Notes under the pieces: model-generated
Databases searched by the model: none
What the model was told of the DNA's origin: nothing
Seen by the model: the letters and a program-made list of their open reading frames with translations, nothing else
Origin: Candidatus Nanohaloarchaea archaeon
GTDB lineage: Archaea; Nanohalarchaeota; Nanosalinia; Nanosalinales; Nanosalinaceae
NCBI GenBank assembly: GCA_042218325.1
Contig: JBDGRE010000019.1
Location: 1 to 31,038, forward strand
Direction of reading: 5' to 3'
DNA length: 31,038 bases
In this document: one piece after another, positions 1-8,040 of the stretch
How positions within the stretch are numbered: position 1 is the stretch's first letter
How the letters are laid out: the number at the start of each line of letters is the position of its first letter
Translations under genes and position numbers: made by a program

Positions 1-47
1 ATCTTTCCGGGAACGTCAGGAGAAAATCGACCGGAACGTACATGCTG

Positions 48-64
48 AAGCCCCGACCGAAATT
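48..64 (-). repeat. Degenerate copy of tRNA-Thr 3' end (att-like)
   Basis: AAGCCCCGACCGAAATT vs tRNA-end AGCCCCGCCCGGGATTT; AAGCCCCGACCG is identical to 2510-2521. Confidence 0.5.
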
Positions 65-207
65 ACTGTATCTAATTTGGTCTCCCAACACCTCTCGACT
101 GCCTTTTGTAATTTATTAGGCTCAGAACTCTATTAAAATTTCTTTGGATTTAAATCCGGTTCGCGGAAATTACTTGAATTTTTAATTATATTTGAGAAAT
201 CAACTAT

Positions 208-1104
208 ATGGCCTTGGACTGGTTCTTTTTTGCATTGTTAACCGGATTTATTTATGGCGGCGTAGAGTTATTTGACAAATTTGTTCTGAATCAGGAGGTT
301 TCCAGAGCCTCCATAAGTGCTATAGTTGCCAAAGTTCCTAACTTCTTAATTTTTGCCGCTGTAGGTATTATACAGACCGAAATTATCTTTTCACTAACTA
401 ACTTTATTTTAGGCTTCATTCTTGCCTCTCTGTACATAGTTTCTTCGTATTTCTACTACGAAGGCATAAGTCAGGAGGATGTATCTCGATTTATACCCAC
501 ACTTTCCGTAAATTCGGTATTTATCGTCATACTCTCATTCTTGTTTTTAGGCGAATCATTTGGAGTATCTGAATATGTTGGAATGTTTTTAACTATAGCA
601 GGAGCGATACTGATATCCGTAGAGAAACCTCAGAGAGGAATCCATATCTTTCAATCCCGTAAAGCGGTTTTGATGGGTATAATTGCAGCACTGCTTTGGG
701 CAGTACGAGACATATTTCTTAAAATAGGAACAAGCTCGGTCGATATATTCCTATTACTTTTCTGGATAGGTGTGAACGGCATATTTCTTACCCTGCTATC
801 CTCTGTATTCGCTTATCATAGAATGGAAGATTCGGAAATGAGAGGTTATGAACATCTCTTGATTATTGGTTCTTTGACAGCTATGGGATATCTTACATTC
901 ATTAAGTCTCTCAGTCTTGGTCCTGTTTCGTTAGCCTCAGTTATAGTAAAAATTGACTCTGCAATAGTTTTCGTGGGCTCTATTATTATTTCAAAATTAC
1001 ACCCTGGAATAATAAGGGAGAAATTAGATAGGGATGTTTTAATCCAAAAGGCATTGGCACTGCTAATGATTATAGCCGGAGTTATATTGATTCAGTTATT
1101 CTGA
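208..1104 (+). CDS. EamA/DMT family transporter
   Basis: 298 aa, about 10 hydrophobic helices in two repeats; motifs LSFLFLGE and GPVSLASVI. Confidence 0.85.
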   Translation: MALDWFFFALLTGFIYGGVELFDKFVLNQEVSRASISAIVAKVPNFLIFAAVGIIQTEIIFSLTNFILGFILASLYIVSSYFYYEGISQEDVSRFIPTLSVNSVFIVILSFLFLGESFGVSEYVGMFLTIAGAILISVEKPQRGIHIFQSRKAVLMGIIAALLWAVRDIFLKIGTSSVDIFLLLFWIGVNGIFLTLLSSVFAYHRMEDSEMRGYEHLLIIGSLTAMGYLTFIKSLSLGPVSLASVIVKIDSAIVFVGSIIISKLHPGIIREKLDRDVLIQKALALLMIIAGVILIQLF

Positions 1105-1108
1105 AAAT

Positions 1109-2317
1109 CTAATTTGTCGGCCAGCTTGTAAGTCTTTCTGACCTTGTCATGTAGGGTCTGGCTCTTCTCTGTTGTTCGGCTTCTTCTCCAAAGAGTTCGA
1201 ATTCGTTTGTTCTGTAACCTGTTCTATCGCTCATTATATGCATGATTTCGTATCCGTGCCATATGTTATCTCTTATGTCTAAGTCTTCGATTTCGCCGTA
1301 GAAATTTACATCGTGTGCAAGGTTGTTTCTTATTTCTCCAAGTTCTTCGAGTCGCTGTCTCGGGTCCTCAAGAGCGTTAGGATAGGCGGTTGATGGCAGT
1401 ATGTCTATTTGAGATATTATCTCTTCGTCAATCCAATCATTCAATGAGACTCCATTGATGGGTTGTGGGAGCTCATCAGGCAATATGCCTGTATTCAGGT
1501 TTTGGGATTCATACTCGTCCTCTATTATTTCCGGAAGCCGGGTTTCGAACCAGTTATACATCAGTATTGCTGAAGCTGGTTGAGCCGGATTATAACGAGT
1601 TGTATATCCGCCCCTATTCATTTCACTTAAATTTGGATGGCCTATGCCATGGTACATTCCGGATGCAATCGAGTTAAGATGGTTCACTCCTGTTGGATTT
1701 GGTTCAAATAAATCTGCGTGTAACGGTTCGTCGATTAGAGATTGAGAGTAAAATTCGTTGGGATTTCCATCTGGGAAAAATGCTGTTTCTGCGCTTCCTG
1801 AATTGGAATTGGTTATAGAATTTTCTTCGGGAAGTCCGAGAATCTCTTCGTATAGGTTTATGACTTCTTCTGGGCTGGTTTCAATGCCGCCTTCTCCCGT
1901 ATAGTCATTGAATTGTCCGTCTTCGTCTAATGGTTCGGATTCGAAATATCCTGGTCGGTGGCAAGCTGCATTTCTCAACTGTTGGAGGTCTTCAAGCACA
2001 TCTATAGTATTGTTAGAGCTTTCCGTAAGGTAGTCGGAATTGATGCTTGTTCTCTGGTTTAATTCCTGATAGTAATCGTTGAAGTTGATTCTCTCGCCGT
2101 CGATTTCAATGGCTTCGTATCCTCTACCTGTGTCTACAAATTCTGCGCCTTCATTTTCTAACTCGTTTTCTGTCCAGGTCTGGAAGAAAGGTTCAATGGT
2201 GGTTACAAGGCCGGTTATCCAGCCGTTCTCATAGCAGTATTCGACACTATCTCTGTGGTTGCTATACGCAGTTGCATCTAACCATTCCGGCAGTTCCAAA
2301 CTGCTTTTCGTATCCAC
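1109..2317 (-). CDS. Hypothetical acidic protein with two HEPN-like Rx4H motifs
   Basis: 402-aa ORF; LQQLRNAACH (R115) and LGEIRNNLAH (R330), each at the end of a helical segment; start uncertain (GTG 2317). Confidence 0.7.
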   Translation of the reverse strand: MDTKSSLELPEWLDATAYSNHRDSVEYCYENGWITGLVTTIEPFFQTWTENELENEGAEFVDTGRGYEAIEIDGERINFNDYYQELNQRTSINSDYLTESSNNTIDVLEDLQQLRNAACHRPGYFESEPLDEDGQFNDYTGEGGIETSPEEVINLYEEILGLPEENSITNSNSGSAETAFFPDGNPNEFYSQSLIDEPLHADLFEPNPTGVNHLNSIASGMYHGIGHPNLSEMNRGGYTTRYNPAQPASAILMYNWFETRLPEIIEDEYESQNLNTGILPDELPQPINGVSLNDWIDEEIISQIDILPSTAYPNALEDPRQRLEELGEIRNNLAHDVNFYGEIEDLDIRDNIWHGYEIMHIMSDRTGYRTNEFELFGEEAEQQRRARPYMTRSERLTSWPTN

Positions 2318-2359
2318 CTAAATTTTCAGTTGTCATAGTTATTTGTTACTCATCAATAG

Positions 2360-2367
2360 TATATAAA
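2360..2367 (-). promoter_or_regulatory. TATA box for the 1109-2317 gene
   Basis: TTTATATA on the minus strand. Confidence 0.5.
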
Positions 2368-2509
2368 CGTTTCGTAATCTGTCCTATAAATTACGGTCCA
2401 ACTTTCCTCGAATCAAATCTAGTCAACCGGTTTATAGGGCTGATAAAGGCTCTGTTTGGTGGAACCAAATCTGGTACAGTGCTGGAGGGTCTCCCGAATA
2501 AGCGTTAGT

Positions 2510-2531
2510 AAGCCCCGACCGGGTGCTGACC
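2510..2531 (-). repeat. Degenerate copy of tRNA-Thr 3' end (att-like)
   Basis: AGCCCCGACCGGGTGCTGACC vs tRNA AGCCCCGCCCGGGATTTGAAC. Confidence 0.6.
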
Positions 2532-2600
2532 TTAGACTTCATACCTTTGGGCTAAGATTCTATCAAAAATTTCCAGAAAGATTCGTGTCGATATTAGCTT

Positions 2601-3116
2601 ATGGTTAAAGTATCTCTGGGGACTGAAAATGACGCTAAAATAGAAGCTTGCAGAGTGGCTCTTGAGGAATTCTATGATAATTTCGATCTTAGGATGTTTG
2701 ATGTCGATGGAGGTATAGCACAACCAATGACTGCTGCTGAAAGCAGAGAAGGAGCAAGAAACAGAGCCAGAAGAGCATTTGAAAAATCGGATTCCAGTAT
2801 AGGGATTGGAATTGAAGGCCATGCTGAACCTATAGATTCCGAATATTATCTATCCAATTTTACAGCCATTCATGATGGGGAGCACTATTGGGAGGGAGCT
2901 TCTGGGAGAGCAAAGCTTCCGAAAGATTTCCAGGAAAGACTGAAGAAGCGAGATGAACTTGGCGATGTTATCTTGGATGAGATCGGCGATAATCTAAGTG
3001 AAAAGGGGGGAGCCATCAGAGTTCTCACTGATGGAAGAATAGAAAGAGCTGAACTAACTGCAAGATCGATTGTTTATGCTTTAAGCGATATGGAATATTC
3101 AAAAAATAAGAGTTAA
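2601..3116 (+). CDS. yjjX: Inosine/xanthosine triphosphatase (YjjX/DUF84 family)
   Basis: LGTENDAKIEA, QPM...GARNRA, GIGIEG, ELG, GAIRVLTDG..R motifs. Confidence 0.88.
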   Translation: MVKVSLGTENDAKIEACRVALEEFYDNFDLRMFDVDGGIAQPMTAAESREGARNRARRAFEKSDSSIGIGIEGHAEPIDSEYYLSNFTAIHDGEHYWEGASGRAKLPKDFQERLKKRDELGDVILDEIGDNLSEKGGAIRVLTDGRIERAELTARSIVYALSDMEYSKNKS

Positions 3117-3140
3117 GAGCTTGATTCAATTATAACTCAT

Positions 3141-3264
3141 AGCCCCGCCCGGGATTTGAACCCGGGATCTGTCCCTCTCTCGCGTTAAACCTTTTCCCGA
3201 AAGCCATGCACGCAACGGCAGGCGCTACGAGGGGACCGCTCTAGCCAGGCTGAGCCAGCGAGGC
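3141..3264 (-). tRNA. tRNA-Thr(CGU) with 49-nt intron at 37/38 (intron 3177-3225)
   Basis: Acceptor GCCTCGC/GCGGGGC with discriminator T; D arm GCTC/GAGC; anticodon stem GTCCC/GGGAC; anticodon CGT (3227-3229); T arm CCGGG-TTCAAAT-CCCGG; BHB helix CTCG/CGAG with 3-nt bulges. Confidence 0.95.
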
Positions 3265-3288
3265 CTGTGATTTTTACACCTCTGGAAA

Positions 3289-3296
3289 CTTTTTAA
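3289..3296 (-). promoter_or_regulatory. TATA box of tRNA-Thr
   Basis: TTAAAAAG about 25 nt upstream of tRNA G1. Confidence 0.6.
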
Positions 3297-3357
3297 CCCA
3301 GTAGGTTTCCGGGAACTGATTTAAACCGGACTGGGTAATTTGGCTGTAAAGGTGCAT

Positions 3358-3558
3358 ATGATGGACGAAATGATAGGTGAGATAGCTGGAGAAGTCTGGG
3401 ATTTCCTTGAGGAAGAGGGAGAGGCCTCTGTTTCCGCCATAGTCAATGCTGTGGGCGCCCCCCGGTCCAAGGCCTGCATGGCGATCGGGTGGCTCGCGCG
3501 AGAGGACAAGCTGAGTTTCGATGACGGGGGCAGGGGCAGCACGGTCAGCCTCGGGTAG
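3358..3558 (+). CDS. Small winged-helix protein (DUF2582-like)
   Basis: IGEIAGEVW...MAIGWLAREDK signature; ATG at 3358. Confidence 0.8.
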   Translation: MMDEMIGEIAGEVWDFLEEEGEASVSAIVNAVGAPRSKACMAIGWLAREDKLSFDDGGRGSTVSLG

Positions 3559-3590
3559 CGTTTTATTTCTGCCTCCGCCAGCTGTTTTTT

Positions 3591-4556
3591 ATGTCGCTTC
3601 GAGAGGGCGCGGAAACCATAGTCAGGCAATGCCTCGACGTTTCCACCGGGGAGGAAGTCGTTGTAGTCGACGACGGTAACGACCCGGACCTTGTAGCGTC
3701 GCTGCTCCAGGTCCTCGACGAGACCGCGGCGTACAGCCATCTCGAATACGAGGAGCCGGAGAACCACGGCGAGGAACCGCCACAGGCGGTCGCGGAGGCG
3801 ATGATGGAGGCCGATGTCTTCATAGCCCCGACCAGAAAGTCGATAACACACACCAGGGCCCGGGTGGATGCCTGCGAGAACGGGGCGAGGGGAGCGACCC
3901 TTCCGGGAATCACGAAGGAGATCTGGAACACGTCGCTGCAGGCGGACTACGAGCGGGTGAAAGAGCTTTCAGAGAAAGTTTACCGCATGCTTGAGGACAC
4001 CTCGAAGGTGACGGTTGAGACACCTTCCGGTACCGGCCTGCGGTTCGATGTCGAGTTCGACTCTTTTTACACGGACACAGGGATGGCCCACGACCCGGGG
4101 CAGTTCACGAATCTCCCTGCTGGCGAGGCTCACGGCGGCGTCGTGAACGCCTCCGGTGAACTCGTGGTGGACCACATGCCCTTCGTCCCTGAAGACAGCG
4201 AGGGCGCAGTCCTCGAGATAGAGGATTCTCGTGTCACAGGCTGGAGGAATCTCGAAGAGGACGCGAAGCTCGCACACGCCATGAAAGAGGTGGAAGGAGC
4301 CCGGAACGTCGCCGAGTTCGGGTTCGGGACGAACCCTGGGGCCGCGGTGATCGGCAATATCCTGCAGGACGAGAAAGTCCTCGGCACGGTCCACATCGCC
4401 ATCGGCGACAACACTCACTACTTTCCGGAGGGCCACAGCCGGAGGAACGGCAGCGACATACACTGGGACGCTGTCTGCCTCGAGCCCACTGTCTTCTTCG
4501 ACGATCGCGAGGTGATAGCCCGCGGTGAGCCGGTGTTCCTCGAAGAAGACTTTTAA
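3591..4556 (+). CDS. Aminopeptidase, M29 (thermophilic metalloprotease) family
   Basis: NLPAGE, AEFGFGTN, DEKVLGTVHIAIG, IHWD motifs. Confidence 0.88.
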   Translation: MSLREGAETIVRQCLDVSTGEEVVVVDDGNDPDLVASLLQVLDETAAYSHLEYEEPENHGEEPPQAVAEAMMEADVFIAPTRKSITHTRARVDACENGARGATLPGITKEIWNTSLQADYERVKELSEKVYRMLEDTSKVTVETPSGTGLRFDVEFDSFYTDTGMAHDPGQFTNLPAGEAHGGVVNASGELVVDHMPFVPEDSEGAVLEIEDSRVTGWRNLEEDAKLAHAMKEVEGARNVAEFGFGTNPGAAVIGNILQDEKVLGTVHIAIGDNTHYFPEGHSRRNGSDIHWDAVCLEPTVFFDDREVIARGEPVFLEEDF

Positions 4557-4732
4557 AGTTGCGTATCGAATCCAAGTATCGATGTCAAAGCCTTGCTCGA
4601 CCTGGCGAAATGTTTCCGGATGCACAGGGAGAGCGGCGGCTATCTCCAAGTTCGGTTTTAATACGAATTTCACCGGGACCAAGTTCATGAAGTAAAAAGG
4701 TCCCGGAGCCACTTTCTCGAGGTTTCTGCACC

Positions 4733-5434
4733 GTGGTTCTGGAACAGCTCAGTGATGGCGCTTCACGGCATCTGTCGGCTTTCGACGCGGATACGCGCAG
4801 GCTTGTTTTCATCCTCTGCCTGCCACTGATCGATGGGGTGTTCGCCACGCTGCTCGTGACAGGTGCGGTGCAGACCTTCTCGGATATCCTCGCGGTAGCC
4901 CTGACAATCTTCACCGGTGCGGGCGCTCTCGCGGTGCTCTACTCCTCCGCCGACAGCTTCGGGGAGGCTGCGGGGATGGTCACGAAGGCCGCCCCTGTGC
5001 TGCTACTTGGTGCCGCTGTAGTTGCGATGACATCCCCGATATACGAGCAGCTTTTCTACGTGGAGAGACTGCGTTACGCTGCAGGTATAGCCCTGCTAGT
5101 GATCGCTGCCGATATGCTTGACCTGGAAGTAGTCGAGTACTTCCCGGTTCCCGCGGTACTGGTGACGGGTATGGCGGTCTCGCTGAGAAACCCGGGCGCG
5201 CTCGAGTTCACACTCGCCTACTTGCAGCCCGCCCTGTTGACCGCGCTGGCCTCGATAGCAGGGCTTTACGTGGCGGCGACGCTCGCGTCCCGCGACCTGG
5301 ACCTCGGTTACGTCCGGCGTGGAGGCTCGGCGGTGCTCTTCATAATCGGGCTCTCCCAGTTCGGTCTCCAGCTTCCATCCGGGCTTGGGCTTGCGGTTTT
5401 CGCCGCATCTGTCGCCGCTTCTCTACGGCTCTAG
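4733..5434 (+). CDS. Multi-pass membrane protein, DUF5794-like (haloarchaeal)
   Basis: LPLIDGVFATLLVTGA N-terminal motif; many TM segments; start uncertain. Confidence 0.65.
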   Translation: MVLEQLSDGASRHLSAFDADTRRLVFILCLPLIDGVFATLLVTGAVQTFSDILAVALTIFTGAGALAVLYSSADSFGEAAGMVTKAAPVLLLGAAVVAMTSPIYEQLFYVERLRYAAGIALLVIAADMLDLEVVEYFPVPAVLVTGMAVSLRNPGALEFTLAYLQPALLTALASIAGLYVAATLASRDLDLGYVRRGGSAVLFIIGLSQFGLQLPSGLGLAVFAASVAASLRL

Positions 5435-5820
5435 AACGTTCCTATCTCGAAGCGGAAGCTGGAGCTCTCCTTGAACCTCTTCGCCAGCTGCGCGACTATC
5501 CTTTCCCTCAGGGGCCGGAAGGCGAGCAGGACGCCCATGAGGTCGGTCACGAGCCCCGGGCTCAGCAGTAAAAGGCCTGAAAGCACAAGCATCGTGGCCT
5601 CTATGAAGTTACGCGACATCTCCTCCGCCGTGACCGAGGACCGGAGCTTCCTGAGCACGAACCGGCCTTCTCTCCGCACTATCTCCGCCCCGATGAGACC
5701 TGTCAACAGCACCACCGCGAGCGTCTTCCAGAAGCCTATGGCCGAGGCGACCTCCATCAGCAGCCAGAGGTCCATGAAAGGGAGCACGAGCAAAAGTATC
5801 AGGATGTACCGGAGACGCAT
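5431..5820 (-). CDS. fxsA: FxsA family membrane protein
   Basis: IGFWKTLAVVLLTGLIG..VRREG and LLLLSPGLVTDLMG motifs. Confidence 0.85.
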   Translation of the reverse strand: MRLRYILILLLVLPFMDLWLLMEVASAIGFWKTLAVVLLTGLIGAEIVRREGRFVLRKLRSSVTAEEMSRNFIEATMLVLSGLLLLSPGLVTDLMGVLLAFRPLRERIVAQLAKRFKESSSFRFEIGTF

Positions 5821-5870
5821 ACCGGTCCATGTGAAATGAGGATTTAAAGATGCCCTACATACTTTTCCAC

Positions 5871-6914
5871 ATGAAGGAGCTTCTGAGGGAGCTTGTGGAG
5901 ACGCCCGGGATAACAGGTAACGAGGTAAAGATAAGAGAAGTACTGAGAGAGAAGGTCGAGGGCCACGCCGACGAGGTGGAGGTCGACGACTTCGGCAACC
6001 TCATAGCCAGGAAAGGTGAGGGCGAGAAGAAGCTGATGATAGACGCCCACATGGACCAGATAGGAATGGGTGTGAGACGTATCGACGACGAGGGCTTCCT
6101 CCGCGTATCGCCCCTCGGCGGCGCGTATCCTATATCCATAGTCAACCAGAGGGTCAACGTGCACGCCTCGGAAGGCGAGGAAGAGGTAACAGGTGTCATA
6201 GGCGCCAAGCCCTCCCACCTGCTCGAGGACGAGGAGGAAGGCCTCCCGCAGATGCAGAAAGCCTTCGTCGACATAGGCGCCGAGGACGCGGAAGACGCCC
6301 GGGAGAAAGGCATCAGGGTCGGCGATTACATATCCTTCGAGCGCGATTTCAGGGAGCTGGAGAACGACTACGTCACCGGCCCGGCGTTCGACAACAGGGT
6401 CGGATGTGCGATGGCCGTCGAGGCGCTGAAGCGCTTCGATGACGAGGGTTACGAGCTGGCGGTCGTCTTCTCCACACAAGAAGAAGTGGGAGGTAAGGGC
6501 GCGAAGACGGCGGCCTTCGGCGAGGAACCTGATGCAGCGGTGGTCCTTGAGGTCGCGAGGGCGGGCGACGTGCCCAACATGGATATAGATGAGTCAGACG
6601 AGCAGACTGGCGAGGGCTTCGGCATAACGATGGTCGAGGCCGGCGGGAGAGGTGTCATAGCCCCCACAGAGATAAGGAACTGGCTGCTGGACACCGCCCG
6701 CGACAACGACTTCGACTTCCAGAGGAAGCTATACGACAAGGGGAAGACCAACGCCGCCGCCATCGAGGTCTCCAGGACCGGCGTCCCGACAGGAGTCGTC
6801 GTCATCCCGACCAGGCACCTGCACAGCCCCGTGGAGGTCATCAACATGGAGGACGCAAGGCAGTCCGTCAAGTTCCTCCAAAAGGCGCTCCAGGACTTCG
6901 AGGACTACTTTTAG
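5871..6914 (+). CDS. M42 (TET/FrvX) aminopeptidase, paralog 1
   Basis: DAHMD, FDNR, QEEVG, HLHSPVE; start MKELLREL at 5871. Confidence 0.9.
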   Translation: MKELLRELVETPGITGNEVKIREVLREKVEGHADEVEVDDFGNLIARKGEGEKKLMIDAHMDQIGMGVRRIDDEGFLRVSPLGGAYPISIVNQRVNVHASEGEEEVTGVIGAKPSHLLEDEEEGLPQMQKAFVDIGAEDAEDAREKGIRVGDYISFERDFRELENDYVTGPAFDNRVGCAMAVEALKRFDDEGYELAVVFSTQEEVGGKGAKTAAFGEEPDAAVVLEVARAGDVPNMDIDESDEQTGEGFGITMVEAGGRGVIAPTEIRNWLLDTARDNDFDFQRKLYDKGKTNAAAIEVSRTGVPTGVVVIPTRHLHSPVEVINMEDARQSVKFLQKALQDFEDYF

Positions 6915-7003
6915 CCGCGGTTACCTGGAAAGGTTGAGGCGCACCAGGGATCTGTGGCGACGCGGATGGAAGCTTTAAACCGTTTTATCACAATCTCTAC
7001 TGT

Positions 7004-8038
7004 ATGAAAGAACTTCTGAGAGAGCTGGTCGAGGTAAAAGGCGGTTCAGGCGATGAAAAAAGAGTCAGAGAGCTTATCCGCGAAAAGGTGGAAGACAAGG
7101 CGGACGAGATATCGGAGGACAATTTAGGGAACCTGATTGTCAGGAGAGGTTCCGGCGACAGGACACTGATGGTCGCGGCACATATGGACCAGATAAGCGC
7201 CTCGGTAAGAAAGATAGATGAAGAAGGATTTATCCACATGAAGAAGATGTGGGGTATAGATTCCCGCGAACTTCTAAATCAGCGTGTCGAGATAAATGCG
7301 TCAGACGGCGACATGGTGCCTGGCGTCATCGGCCAGCCGCCCGTACACATCCAAGAGGAAGAGGAAAAGGGAAAGATACCCGACATGGAGGATTTAGTAG
7401 TGGACATCGGTGCCAAGGATGAGGAGGCCGCTGAGGAGCTCGGAATCCGGGTGGGGGATTACATCTACTACGACAGAGACCTTAGGGAGCTAGCAGATGA
7501 CTTCGTGACAGCTCCCGCTTTCGATGACCGTGTAGGATGTGCGATACTTATCGAGCTCGTCGAGAGGTTTGACGAAGACTACGAGCTGGTTGCGGTCTTC
7601 ACGTCGCAGGAAGAGGTCGGGACGAAGGGAGCGCAGACCTCGGCCTACAGCATCGAACCGGACGCCGGTCTGGCTATCGACGTAACTATAGATACCACCC
7701 CTCCAAATATCGAGACATCGAAGTACGAGGCGGAGATAGGTGCTGGACCTCACATCGAACTTGTACAGACCTGGGGTCGAGGCGCTATAGTCCCTGAGAG
7801 CGTTAAGGACTGGCTGATAGAAACCGCGGAAGAAAACGACCATGACTATAACCGGCGTTTGGGTGGAGGGAACGACGCCCGGGCGATATACATGACCAAG
7901 TCGGGGATTCCCACGGGTTCTATAGGAGTACCCGCGAGGAGCATACACTCCCCGGTGGAAGTGGTCAAGATGTCAGATATAGAGGCGACCACGGACTTCG
8001 TGGAGGACGCGTTCTCGACGATGGAGGATTACTTCTGA
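7004..8038 (+). CDS. M42 (TET/FrvX) aminopeptidase, paralog 2
   Basis: AAHMD, FDDR, QEEVG, AIDV, IHSPVE. Confidence 0.9.
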   Translation: MKELLRELVEVKGGSGDEKRVRELIREKVEDKADEISEDNLGNLIVRRGSGDRTLMVAAHMDQISASVRKIDEEGFIHMKKMWGIDSRELLNQRVEINASDGDMVPGVIGQPPVHIQEEEEKGKIPDMEDLVVDIGAKDEEAAEELGIRVGDYIYYDRDLRELADDFVTAPAFDDRVGCAILIELVERFDEDYELVAVFTSQEEVGTKGAQTSAYSIEPDAGLAIDVTIDTTPPNIETSKYEAEIGAGPHIELVQTWGRGAIVPESVKDWLIETAEENDHDYNRRLGGGNDARAIYMTKSGIPTGSIGVPARSIHSPVEVVKMSDIEATTDFVEDAFSTMEDYF

Positions 8039-8040
8039 AT

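Larger units (their letters stand above)
48..3157. mobile_element. AT-rich genomic island / integrated-element remnant at tRNA-Thr 3' end
   Basis: Clearly lower GC than the rest of the window; bounded by the tRNA 3' end (3141-) and degenerate copies of it at 48-64 and 2510-2531; no integrase seen. Confidence 0.65.

Noticed and set aside
1109-2317. Cas13-like CRISPR effector
   Set aside because: Only 402 aa and acidic, with no direct-repeat array or cas genes in the window
3177-3225. Box C/D guide RNA within the tRNA intron
   Set aside because: No RUGAUGA or CUGA boxes, and the intron is short
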